From: Candidatus Niyogibacteria bacterium
GTDB taxonomy: Bacteria > Patescibacteriota > Minisyncoccia > HO2-45-28
DNA: 64,000 nt
Assembly (NCBI GenBank): GCA_016432485.1
Contig: CP066691.1
Location: forward strand, 217,294 to 281,293
Reading direction: 5' to 3'
The position numbers and the translations under genes are program-made. The notes under the pieces were generated by a model. It worked only from the letters and a program-made list of their open reading frames with translations. It did not search any database and was not told the DNA's origin. Positions within the stretch are counted from its first letter, which is position 1. Every line of letters begins with the position of its first letter. Shown one piece after another: positions 37,121 to 45,585 of this stretch.

Positions 37121-37384
37121 ATGTGAAATATATTTGGCTATGTGGTGGCATTCCGAAGAAAGACGATACCACATCTCCGAACTCCTCTGTTCTTTCTCCG
37201 TAATGTCGGCGGCGGCCAGCACTCCCAGATGTTTTGAGGTGGCCGTAAAAGATATTTTGATTTCTTCGGCAATATCGCCGACAGTCGCTTCTTTTTCTTT
37301 TTTTAGATATTTAACAATGGCCAACCTGCGCCTGTTGGCTAGGGCTTTCAAAATTCTTTCCGTTGCTTTTATATTATCTTTCAT
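37109..37384 (-). CDS. ArsR/SmtB-family HTH transcriptional regulator. A SufR-like role is inferred from its position in front of sufU
   Basis: 91 aa ...LANRRRLAIVKYLKKEKEATVGDIAEEIKISFTATSKHLGVL... Confidence 0.8.
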   Translation of the reverse strand: MKDNIKATERILKALANRRRLAIVKYLKKEKEATVGDIAEEIKISFTATSKHLGVLAAADITEKEQRSSEMWYRLSSECHHIAKYISHSLE

Positions 37385-37419
37385 ATCTCACCGTCCTGTT
37401 GATTCTATCACGATATCCA

Positions 37420-37443
37420 TACTCATTCAACCATTCGAGCGAA
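37420..37443. promoter_or_regulatory. Candidate ArsR-family operator 2: TCAACCATTCGAGCGAATGAGAAA, upstream of arsR
   Basis: Identical at 21 of 24 positions with site 1, including the full CATTCGAGCGAATG core. Confidence 0.55.
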
Positions 37444-37464
37444 TGAGAAAGAGGAAGGAAAAAT

Positions 37465-37515
37465 TTAGGGAGAATTTGGGGAGAATTTAGGGAGAACTTG
37501 GAGGAGAATTTTTTG
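37465..37515. repeat. Tandem 11-mer (atttRgggaga) x4, directly in front of the exonuclease promoter
   Basis: atttagggaga atttggggaga atttagggaga acttggaggaga. Confidence 0.8.
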
Positions 37516-37541
37516 ACAATAAATATTTACTACATTAGCAT
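37513..37541 (+). promoter_or_regulatory. sigma70-like promoter TTGACA-N17-TAGCAT(ACT) for the exonuclease gene. It shares the TAGCATA -10 variant with the promoter of the GC-rich ORF at 39461-39489
   Basis: ttgaca 37513-37518, tagcat 37536-37541. Confidence 0.55.
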
Positions 37542-37570
37542 ACTTTCAGCATCCAAAGGAGGCCAAAGTC

Positions 37571-38119
37571 TTGAAAAAAGAAATATACATATCAGTAGAT
37601 ATCGAAACTGACGGTCCAATCCCGGGTGATTATTCAATGATGTCGTTTGGCGCATGTGTTGTCGGTTCTCCCGAAATTAGTTTTTACCGGGAACTCAAGC
37701 CTATTTCGGATAAATTCATACCTGAAACCGTCGCGGTACCCGGGTTAAACAGAGATCAGCTAATTGAAACTGGCGTAGATCCCGCAATTGCCATGCAAGA
37801 ATTTGTTCTGTGGCTTAGTGATACTTGCGGACAAACTGCATGTCCTATTTTTATAGCATTCAACGCAACTTTTGATTGGATGTTCATAAACTGGTATTTA
37901 ATTCACTTTGTCGGCAATAATCCGTTCGGAATCTCCGGTTGGGATATCAAAGCGTACTATGCCGGCATCACACGGAGCAATTCCTGGTCTGACACTTCAA
38001 AGAAAAAAATGAATAAGAGATTTCTTTCTCCCAGACCACACACCCATAACGCTCTTGATGATGCTCGTGAACAAGCAGAAATTTTTATGCGCCTCCGCGA
38101 AGAAGCCAAATCATGTTAA
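37571..38119 (+). CDS. DEDDh-family 3'-5' exonuclease (DnaQ/RNase T-like), TTG start
   Basis: Exo I ISVDIETDG, Exo III ...HNALDDAREQA; RBS AAAGGAGG; AT-rich, non-host-like codon usage; followed by terminator 38130-38158. Confidence 0.75.
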   Translation: MKKEIYISVDIETDGPIPGDYSMMSFGACVVGSPEISFYRELKPISDKFIPETVAVPGLNRDQLIETGVDPAIAMQEFVLWLSDTCGQTACPIFIAFNATFDWMFINWYLIHFVGNNPFGISGWDIKAYYAGITRSNSWSDTSKKKMNKRFLSPRPHTHNALDDAREQAEIFMRLREEAKSC

Positions 38120-38166
38120 CTCCTCACCTCAAGACCCCGAAATAGGGGGTCTTTTCTATAAGAATT

Positions 38167-38475
38167 TCATTTCAATCCGGATTGCTTTCTTCGTTCTTCA
38201 ATAATCCGCTCTTGCTCTAACCTTCTTCTTTCCACATCCTTATCAATTTCTTCCAGTGCTTTTATCGCTCCTTCTTTATGCTCCGGGCAGTAAAATTCTC
38301 CTTCGATAAACCATCCATCTTCGTAAAATGCGAAATTATTATTTTCGCCCATACACTTATCACATTGCCTGGTTTCATCTTCTTGCAACCGCGCTCTTTC
38401 AATATAAAAGCCCTTTCCACGAAGTTCTTCTTCCAAACTTTTATCAATTTTTGGTTCCCCTTCCATATTTTTCAT
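38167..38475 (-). CDS. Hypothetical protein (102 aa) with a C-x2-C...C-P-E-H zinc-ribbon-like motif and a charged C-terminal tail
   Basis: A TATAAT only 7 nt before the ATG suggests a leaderless mRNA. Confidence 0.5.
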   Translation of the reverse strand: MKNMEGEPKIDKSLEEELRGKGFYIERARLQEDETRQCDKCMGENNNFAFYEDGWFIEGEFYCPEHKEGAIKALEEIDKDVERRRLEQERIIEERRKQSGLK

Positions 38476-38589
38476 TATAGCTTACTCCGACACCCCACGA
38501 CACTCTTGTTATTTATTGACCAGATCGCACGAATTGTTATACTAAATTCAGTAATTGATACATCAAAACTTCGAACAGGGAGGCAGAAA

Positions 38590-38829
38590 ATGACGCTACA
38601 CCTTATCAACAACGGATGGATTCAACAATTTCTGATTTCACAGCCAGAAAGTGGTATGGGTTTTCAACAGATAGAACTTCATTTGAAGGACGGGAGAATA
38701 ATCCCGCAGCTTACAGCTGCTAACGCCGAATTCATTGAAATTCCGAGTCACTGTGGAAATATCACCGAGGACGACATTTTAAGAATCGCGATGCTTCATG
38801 GAGGGGTTGGACAAAAACCAACACCTTAA
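38590..38829 (+). CDS. Hypothetical protein (79 aa)
   Basis: RBS GGGAGG 7 nt upstream; promoter TTGACC-N16-TATACT at about 38530-38560; terminator GCCTGCC-ttt-GGCAGGTC plus T6 at 38844-38870; the longer 38278 ORF is rejected. Confidence 0.5.
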   Translation: MTLHLINNGWIQQFLISQPESGMGFQQIELHLKDGRIIPQLTAANAEFIEIPSHCGNITEDDILRIAMLHGGVGQKPTP

Positions 38830-38964
38830 ATGTTTTTCAATATGGCCTGCCTTTGGCAGGTCTTTTTTATCCTCACGCGCCGTGACATCTCTTGATGTGT
38901 GATACGGATGGAAACATACAATAATCTCAATTTAGTTCAAAAAGTTTTGGTAAGCAAACTGGTA

Positions 38965-39012
38965 TAAAAAGACGGGTTAGCAGGTTTCCCCACTAACCCG
39001 TCTGTGTTGTTT
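38965..39012 (-). terminator. Rho-independent terminator (10-bp perfect stem GACGGGTTAG / CTAACCCGTC) after the GC-rich ORF 39047-39439
   Basis: Hairpin followed by TTTTTAT on the minus strand. Confidence 0.7.
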
Positions 39013-39046
39013 GCCGCATTGCACGGCCCTACTTCTGGCTGGCGAG

Positions 39047-39439
39047 CTAGGCCAGAAGCTTCTGGAGTGCCGACACCTCTGGTGTCACGATGTTGATGGG
39101 CTTGCAGAGGAACGCAATCAGCTCCTCGAGCGGGTGCCGGGGACCGGGCAGCAGGGCGCTGAAAACGTTCTCCTTGACAAGGAGCGCGCCGTCCGCGTCC
39201 ATGATGCGGACCTCGCAGTAACTGCCCTCCTCCCAGTGCTTGGCCTCCACCCGCACGGAAACGACGCAGGCACCGTTGGCGCCGAAGAGGCGGTAGAGAT
39301 TGGGATCGCTCTCGTCTTTCTCCGGGCGCAGGGCGCAGAACTTCTCGGCCACCTTCTCCCACAACCGCATCACCATGGTTCGGTTCTGTTGATCGTAATA
39401 TCTCATGAAATCACCTCCTCCCTTTTTTGTCTCGGTCAT
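39047..39439 (-). CDS. Hypothetical protein (119-130 aa), strongly GC-rich (about 60% by eye). Foreign-looking mini-cassette inserted downstream of sufS
   Basis: Two in-frame starts: 39439 (RBS AAAGGAG, spacing 11) and 39406 (RBS GGGAGGAGGTGA, spacing 4). Confidence 0.55.
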   Translation of the reverse strand: MTETKKGGGDFMRYYDQQNRTMVMRLWEKVAEKFCALRPEKDESDPNLYRLFGANGACVVSVRVEAKHWEEGSYCEVRIMDADGALLVKENVFSALLPGPRHPLEELIAFLCKPINIVTPEVSALQKLLA

Positions 39440-39460
39440 TTATGTGCTACTCCTTTATAT

Positions 39461-39489
39461 ATGCTACACCCTTATTGTTATTTTGTCAA
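39461..39489 (-). promoter_or_regulatory. Consensus-like promoter on the minus strand, TTGACA-N17-TAGCAT(ATA)
   Basis: fwd tgtcaa 39484-39489 and atgcta 39461-39466. Confidence 0.6.
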
Positions 39490-39510
39490 GCCCACAACGT
39501 TTATATTTAT

Positions 39511-40791
39511 TTACCACACCGTGCGAACAAACTTTTTGTGAATTTCTTTAAGCGCGCGGATAAAATAATCTATTTCTTCTTTGGTATTGTAAATATAAAA
39601 ACTTGCTCGTAATGTCGCGAGAACGCCCAAATGCTTCATCAAGGGTTGGGCGCAATGGTGGCCGGCGCGAACCGCTATGCCATATCGGTCAAGCATGGTT
39701 GCCGCATCATGCGGATGAATCCCGTCCCGGTAACATATTTTCGACAATTGTTGAAAATATGTTACTCCGCAAATATTAAACGAAATAATTCCGGTGCGGT
39801 CCTTTGTTTTTTCAAATCCGAGCAAGTCCACAAACGGCAGTTTTTTCATTTTTTCCAGCGCGTATTTTAAAAGTTCGCGCTCGTGATGCTCAATATTTTT
39901 CATTCCGATTTTTTTCAAATAATCAATTGCTTCGCCGAACAAAATCGCGCCTTCTATATTCGGTGTGCCCGCTTCAAACTTCCACGGCAAATCATTCCAA
40001 GTTACGCTTTTAGCCGTAACCTCGCGTATCATCTCGCCTCCTGACATAAACGGCTCCATACTTTCCAAAATTTCAGATCTCCCCCAAAGCGCGCCGATGC
40101 CTGACGGCGCTAGCATTTTATGACCCGAGAAAGCGAAAAAATCGCAGCCGATTTTACGAACGTTCACCGGAATGTGTCCGGCAGATTGAGCGCCGTCAAT
40201 CAAAATCAAAGCCCCGACTTTATGCGCCTCTTTACATATTTTTTCAACCGGATAAATATAGCCGGAGACGTTTGAAATGTGGGCTACGGCGACTAATTTT
40301 GTTTTTTTAGTCAATTTTTTTCTGAAATCCGTGAAATCAAAATCGCGCGTTGATGTTAATTTGACGATATCCAGTTTTAATCCGCGCTCGCGAGCCAGAC
40401 GCAGCCACGGCACAAAATTGGAATGATGCTCCGAAATCGTCGTCAGTATTCTATCGCCTCTTTTAAATTTTCGCCCCAAAGAGTAAGCGACTAAATTGAC
40501 GGCTTCGGTGGCGTTACGGGTGAAAATTATTTCTTTAGAACTTTGCGCGCCGATAAAATCGGCGGCTTTTTGTCGGGAGAGCTCAAATTCTTTCGTGATT
40601 TCTTCGGCCATCTGATAGGCCCCGCGATGCACATTGGCGTAAGAATGCGCGTATAGTTTTTTCAGCCGCTCCGTAATAATTTTCGGCTTCTGGGTAGTGG
40701 CGGCGTTGTCAAAATAAACAATAGCGCGTCCGTTTATTTTTCGCGTAAGTACCGGAAAGTCCTTTTTTATTTTTTTGAAATTAAAAATCAT
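39511..40791 (-). CDS. sufS: Cysteine desulfurase SufS (class V aminotransferase, PLP-dependent), carrying a 12-residue in-frame insertion encoded by the palindromic element
   Basis: ...HKMLAPSGIGALWGR..., active-site region RAGHHCAQPLM; the insertion ...SFNICG[VTYFQQLSKICY]RDGIHPHD... sits where canonical SufS has about 4 residues. Confidence 0.88.
   Translation of the reverse strand: MIFNFKKIKKDFPVLTRKINGRAIVYFDNAATTQKPKIITERLKKLYAHSYANVHRGAYQMAEEITKEFELSRQKAADFIGAQSSKEIIFTRNATEAVNLVAYSLGRKFKRGDRILTTISEHHSNFVPWLRLARERGLKLDIVKLTSTRDFDFTDFRKKLTKKTKLVAVAHISNVSGYIYPVEKICKEAHKVGALILIDGAQSAGHIPVNVRKIGCDFFAFSGHKMLAPSGIGALWGRSEILESMEPFMSGGEMIREVTAKSVTWNDLPWKFEAGTPNIEGAILFGEAIDYLKKIGMKNIEHHERELLKYALEKMKKLPFVDLLGFEKTKDRTGIISFNICGVTYFQQLSKICYRDGIHPHDAATMLDRYGIAVRAGHHCAQPLMKHLGVLATLRASFYIYNTKEEIDYFIRALKEIHKKFVRTVW
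39730..39765. repeat. Copy C of the 36-bp palindromic element (GTAACATATTTTCGACAATTGTTGAAAATATGTTAC), codon-aligned and in frame inside sufS
   Basis: Hand translation of the minus strand gives exactly 12 codons, VTYFQQLSKICY, with no stop. Confidence 0.9.
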
Positions 40792-41388
40792 TTAAACTAA
40801 AAGTGTTTTTATAATTTTCTCCGTTTCCGCCAAACCCAAACCGGCCCGCGAAAGGGGCGCTGATAAAAATCCCGCGCTTTTCAGCCGCTCCGCCTTAATC
40901 CGGTCAACTCCTCTTGTCGCCATATAAAAAATATCTTCGTCGGATATTTTAGATACGGTTGCCGCGTGTCCCGCCCGTTCAACTTCGCTTGTCAGTATTT
41001 CCAGACGGGGGTCTACGCGACAGCTTGCCTCATCAAAAATAATCGCCCGTCCGTCAAACCATGCGCTGGAATTCTTCGCGGCGCTACCAACCTTCACGTT
41101 CCCGGCAATCTCTCCCGATGAATCGTCTCTGCCGATGCAGCGAACCATAGTGTTTGAAAAAGAATTTTCTCCCAGATGGTTCACGCGTATATTTATGCTT
41201 ATTTTATCCGTTTTACTCGCCGAAAACAAAAAAATATTGGTCAACTTTGCCCATTCGGCCAGATTGAATTCCAGATTCCCCGCGAAACTTTTTACCCCAC
41301 CTAAAAGCCAGACAAAGGTTTTTTTTTGGTTGGAGGAGATGCGAAAATTTTTGTCTATTTTTTTACTTTTAATAAATTCTATTTTCAA
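40792..41388 (-). CDS. sufD: Short SufD-like protein (SufBD family, 198 aa, C-terminal beta-helix region only)
   Basis: ...AGHAATVSKISDEDIFYMATRG..., similar to the SufB/SufD C-terminus; placed between sufB and sufS. Confidence 0.65.
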   Translation of the reverse strand: MKIEFIKSKKIDKNFRISSNQKKTFVWLLGGVKSFAGNLEFNLAEWAKLTNIFLFSASKTDKISINIRVNHLGENSFSNTMVRCIGRDDSSGEIAGNVKVGSAAKNSSAWFDGRAIIFDEASCRVDPRLEILTSEVERAGHAATVSKISDEDIFYMATRGVDRIKAERLKSAGFLSAPLSRAGLGLAETEKIIKTLLV

Positions 41389-41426
41389 AATTTTTAGAAA
41401 TTAGAAATTAGTAATTAGAAATTGCA

Positions 41427-42818
41427 TCATCCCACGCTTCCTTCCATTTCCAATCTTAATAAATGATTGAGCTCGGCAGCGTATTCCATCGGCAGTTCCC
41501 GCGTAAGATCGCTTAAAAATCCGGAAACCAAAAGGCCGAGCGCGTCCGATTCCTTTATTCCGCGCGAGCCAAGATAAAAAATTTTATCCTGTCCGACCTT
41601 TGAAACCGAGGCCTCATGCTCAATACTTGAAGTCGGTTCTTTAATATCCATTGTCGGGTAGGTATCGGAGCGCGAAAGTTCATCAAGCAATAAAGCGTCG
41701 CATACCACTTTACTTTTGGAATTTTTAGCGCCCTTAATTATTTTAACCATGCCCCGATAACTTGTCCTTCCGCCGCCGGAAGCCACGGATTTTGAAATAA
41801 TCCGGCTTGATGTCTCCGGCGCCAGATGCACGGCCTTACCTCCGGCGTCCTGATGCTGGCCGGCGCCCGCGTAAGCCAAAGACAATACCGAACCGCGCGC
41901 CTTTGGACCGCGCAAAAAAATACTCGGATATTTCATGGTTGCGCCCGAGCCGATATTTCCGTCAATCCATTCAACATTAGCTTCTTCTTCCGCGAAAGCG
42001 CGTTTGGTCACAAGATTATAGACATTTTTAGACCAATTTTGAACGGTGGTGTAGCGCACATTCGCTCCTTTTTTTGCGATGATTTCAACTACGGCCGCGT
42101 GCAAAGACGCGGTTGAATAATTAGGCGCGGTGCATCCTTCAATATAGTGCACGCTTGAGCCCTCTTCGGCAATAATCAAAGTCCGCTCAAATTGGCCCAT
42201 ATTTTTGGCGTTAATCCTGAAATAGGCCTGCAGGGGAATTTCAACTTTTACTCCGGCCGGAACATAAACGAAACTTCCGCCCGACCAGACGGCGGAATTA
42301 AGAGCCGATAGCTTGTTATCCGCGGGAGGAATAACCGTGCCAAAATATTTTTTGAAAATTTCAGGATATTTTTTATAGCCGGTGTCGGTGTCGCAAAAAA
42401 TAACCCCCCTGCTTTCCCAATCGCCTTTTATATTGTGATACACGACTTCCGAATCGTATTGCGCCGAGACCCCCGCCAAATATTTTCGTTCGGCTTCAGG
42501 TATCCCCAATCGCTCAAAAGTATTTTTTATGTAAGGCGGCACTTCGTCCCAACTTACGCTTTGGCGCTCGGCTGGACGGACAAAATAAATAACATCGTTA
42601 AAATCAATACCCGATAAATCCGCGCCCCACTCGGGCATTTTTTTGTCATTAAAAATTTGAAGCGAGCGCGAACGAAAATCGCGCATCCACTTATCTTCGC
42701 CTTTTATTGCCGAGAGTTCCCTCACGACATTTTCAGAAAGTCCCGCCCGAAAAGCGCTCACCGGCTTTTCCTTATCAAAAAATCCGTATTTGTATTTGAA
42801 TGTTTTTATATTGGGCAT
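41427..42818 (-). CDS. sufB: Fe-S cluster assembly protein SufB
   Basis: 463 aa, ...SVHYIEGCTAP..., SufBD beta-helix. Confidence 0.9.
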   Translation of the reverse strand: MPNIKTFKYKYGFFDKEKPVSAFRAGLSENVVRELSAIKGEDKWMRDFRSRSLQIFNDKKMPEWGADLSGIDFNDVIYFVRPAERQSVSWDEVPPYIKNTFERLGIPEAERKYLAGVSAQYDSEVVYHNIKGDWESRGVIFCDTDTGYKKYPEIFKKYFGTVIPPADNKLSALNSAVWSGGSFVYVPAGVKVEIPLQAYFRINAKNMGQFERTLIIAEEGSSVHYIEGCTAPNYSTASLHAAVVEIIAKKGANVRYTTVQNWSKNVYNLVTKRAFAEEEANVEWIDGNIGSGATMKYPSIFLRGPKARGSVLSLAYAGAGQHQDAGGKAVHLAPETSSRIISKSVASGGGRTSYRGMVKIIKGAKNSKSKVVCDALLLDELSRSDTYPTMDIKEPTSSIEHEASVSKVGQDKIFYLGSRGIKESDALGLLVSGFLSDLTRELPMEYAAELNHLLRLEMEGSVG

Positions 42819-43564
42819 TTTAAGTATGAATAGCCCGACTCGCCTATACGCTCGGCCAAATCCGCACTACCGCTTTTAACGATTTCGCCATCAATCATAA
42901 TATGGACTTTATCCGGCTTGATATATCGCAAAATTCTTTGGTAGTGCGTAATTAAAATCACCGCCATGCCTTTGTCTTTAAAAACCGATATTTCCTCGCC
43001 GATTTTTTTTAAGGCGTCAACGTCAAGACCCGTGTCAATTTCGTCAAAAACGGCAAGGCGCGGCCCGAGCATCTGCATTTGCGCGAGTTCCAGTTTTTTT
43101 CTCTCGCCGCCTGACGCCCCGTCGTTAACGGCGCGCATTATGAAATCGTCCGCAAGCCCTATTTTTGAAAACCTTTTTCCGATTTCGTCTCTTAATCCGA
43201 AAATGTCGGTATTATTTTTCGTTTTTCGTTTTATGCTTCGCGCTTCGCCCGCCGCCTGCATTAAAGAAAAAAAACTCACTCCTTCAAGGGCGGGGGGCGT
43301 TTGAAATCCTAGAAAAATTCCGAGGCAAGCGCGCTTTTCGGGCTTTAAACCGTTTATTTTTTTCCCGTTGAAATTTATCTCCCCTTTTTTAATTTTATAA
43401 TCGGGGTGTCCGGCAATGCTCATAGCCAAAGTGCTTTTGCCCGAACCGTTAGGGCCCATTATCACATGGGTTTCGCCGGAATTCAGCGTGAAATTTATGT
43501 TTTTTAAAATCGGCTTACTTTCAATGCCGACACGCAAATTTTTTATTTCCAAAAGCCGGGGCAT
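42806..43564 (-). CDS. sufC: Fe-S cluster assembly ATPase SufC
   Basis: Walker A GPNGSGKST; ABC signature; overlaps sufB. Confidence 0.92.
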   Translation of the reverse strand: MPRLLEIKNLRVGIESKPILKNINFTLNSGETHVIMGPNGSGKSTLAMSIAGHPDYKIKKGEINFNGKKINGLKPEKRACLGIFLGFQTPPALEGVSFFSLMQAAGEARSIKRKTKNNTDIFGLRDEIGKRFSKIGLADDFIMRAVNDGASGGERKKLELAQMQMLGPRLAVFDEIDTGLDVDALKKIGEEISVFKDKGMAVILITHYQRILRYIKPDKVHIMIDGEIVKSGSADLAERIGESGYSYLKCPI

Positions 43565-43608
43565 TATCAGCCAAAACTACCACTTAAAACCCATGAAATC
43601 AAAGGCCC

Positions 43609-44841
43609 CTAAAACCTCGCGCCGTAAAGCCATATTTTTAACGCTTTCTTAAAAGGCAAAATGCTCAAAAAATAGCCCAAAGCGATGAAGCGTTTTAAAA
43701 ACCAGCCAAAAAGTCCGCTTAATTTTAACCAACCCAAATCAATTACGGCGTATTTTCCTCCGAGGGGCATGACAAAACGCGACTGGCGCGGATGGTATTT
43801 AAAAACCTTCCGGCCGCAAAGTTTTCTTTTTACGGAATAAGCGGCGTAAATTCCATGCGAAATCGCCGTTTGAGCCGTCATGGGAAGCGGCTTTTTGTCA
43901 AAACCCTCGCAATAAGCGATATCTCCCAAGACAAAAATATCCTCGCGCTTGTCCGGATGCAGATATTTATCAACGACGATGCAAGAACCTTTACTTTTTT
44001 CAATATCGGTTATTTTTTCCGCAAGATCATTGGCTTTGACTCCGGCAGTCCATATCAAAACATCGTAAGCGACGGGCCGTCCGCTTTTTAAAGAAATAAT
44101 TCCGTCTTGAACGTCCACCACCGGATCGCTGACAATGATTTTCACTCCCAAATTTTTCAGGCGCTCCTCGGCTTTTTTTCTGGCCCACTCGCCCAAGGCC
44201 CCTAGAATCATAGCCGAACCCTCAATGATTGAAACGCGGACGCTGTCTTTCGGATGGCCATGCAAATACGAAAGCTGGTCCGTGAAATTAATAATTTCCG
44301 AAGCAACCTCGCAGCCGGTAAAGCCGCCTCCACCAACCACGATGTTAATCGCCTCCTGCTTGGCCTTACGCGAAAAAACTTCGTCAATGGCGTTTCTGAC
44401 ATTTAAAGAATCGGCCGTGGTTTTAAATTCCAAGGCGCGCGATTTCAGACCCGGAATGCCGTAAAAATTGCTGACTGACCCGGCCGCGATAATCAGCCAA
44501 TCGTATTTTATTTCTTCTCCCGAAGCCAGTTTGACGGATTTATTTTTAAAATTGAATCCGTCCGCTTCGGCAATCATAATTTCAACATTTTCGCTGCCCT
44601 CAAAAATTTCAGCAAGCGGTATAGTTACGCTTGAAAACATCAGACGGAATTTAGCCCGACTAAAATGCTCTTTGTGGTCGGGTGACGGAGAAAGAAGTTT
44701 GTAATAATCCGGCGTATAAGAGTGATATCCGTTTTTATCAATAAGAATTATTTTAAGGTCGCGTTTATGCCGCGCCAAGTCCAGCGCGGCTCTGACGCCC
44801 GCGAATCCTCCGCCGATAATCGCCACTATTTTTTCTCGCAT
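43609..44841 (-). CDS. ndh: Type II NADH dehydrogenase-like FAD/NAD(P)-binding oxidoreductase with a C-terminal membrane anchor
   Basis: IVAIIGGGFAG Rossmann motif; second dinucleotide-binding motif VVGGGGFTG; hydrophobic C-terminal helix. Confidence 0.75.
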   Translation of the reverse strand: MREKIVAIIGGGFAGVRAALDLARHKRDLKIILIDKNGYHSYTPDYYKLLSPSPDHKEHFSRAKFRLMFSSVTIPLAEIFEGSENVEIMIAEADGFNFKNKSVKLASGEEIKYDWLIIAAGSVSNFYGIPGLKSRALEFKTTADSLNVRNAIDEVFSRKAKQEAINIVVGGGGFTGCEVASEIINFTDQLSYLHGHPKDSVRVSIIEGSAMILGALGEWARKKAEERLKNLGVKIIVSDPVVDVQDGIISLKSGRPVAYDVLIWTAGVKANDLAEKITDIEKSKGSCIVVDKYLHPDKREDIFVLGDIAYCEGFDKKPLPMTAQTAISHGIYAAYSVKRKLCGRKVFKYHPRQSRFVMPLGGKYAVIDLGWLKLSGLFGWFLKRFIALGYFLSILPFKKALKIWLYGARF

Positions 44842-44959
44842 AAAATCATTTTAACGCATTTATCAATATAAGCATATCGCGTATTTCTACCTTTGACTTT
44901 TGAATTCGGGGAGGTACGATTGAAATAGATAAAATAGATAATTTGAAAAGGAGTAGACA

Positions 44960-45457
44960 ATGCTAGCGCTGAAAATGTTGGGTGCCAGAATGGCCGGCGT
45001 AATTTATGTCTGGGCTCTCTTTTACTGTTTCTTGACGGTGATGCAAAAAAATCTTGAAACAATGAAATTTTTTGCCGGCGCAAAAGATATTCAAACATTC
45101 ATCATTATTTCAAGCCTTATATACACGGGAATCGCGCTCATCATAACGGACTGGGCGGTTAGTTGGATTTTTTACAAAGTCAAAAGCGGATTCGTATATA
45201 TGGCTGCCGTGTCTTTAATCTATAGCGCGCTTATACTGATACCGAGCATCAAACTGCCGTCTCAAACAATGGTGCCTCTTATACTGCTTGCCGTAGTCGG
45301 AATGATAATCTGCATAATCAGAATCAATAACTATATGGAAAAATTGAAATTCGGACTCAAAGCAAAACTCTTTATCGGTGTGTATGTCATCATAGAATTA
45401 ATAATTATGACAGCCGGCATCGTCATGATATCCATAGCCCTGCGTCCGCCCGCCTAA
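44960..45457 (+). CDS. Hypothetical integral membrane protein (about 4 TM helices, 165 aa)
   Basis: Hydrophobic ORF only. Confidence 0.5.
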   Translation: MLALKMLGARMAGVIYVWALFYCFLTVMQKNLETMKFFAGAKDIQTFIIISSLIYTGIALIITDWAVSWIFYKVKSGFVYMAAVSLIYSALILIPSIKLPSQTMVPLILLAVVGMIICIIRINNYMEKLKFGLKAKLFIGVYVIIELIIMTAGIVMISIALRPPA

Positions 45458-45502
45458 ATTGCAAACGGCTAAACCCTCTCTGGTTTAGCCGTTTTAATAT
45501 TG

Positions 45503-45577
45503 TGGAGCCGCCCCCGAGATTCGAACTCGGAACCTACGGTTTACAAAACCGTTGCTCTGCCATTGAGCTAGGGCGGC
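45503..45577 (-). tRNA. tRNA-Thr (anticodon TGT), CCA encoded
   Basis: GCCGCCC-TA-GCTC-AATGGCA-GAGC-A-ACGGT-TTTGTAA-ACCGT-AGGTT-CCGAG-TTCGAAT-CTCGG-GGGCGGC-T-CCA. Confidence 0.85.
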
Positions 45578-45585
45578 AATTTATT

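Noticed and set aside
38278-38829. 183-aa version of the 38590 gene
   Set aside because: The upstream 100 codons run antisense across the 38167-38475 gene and have no RBS. The ATG at 38590 has GGGAGG at ideal spacing and its own promoter.
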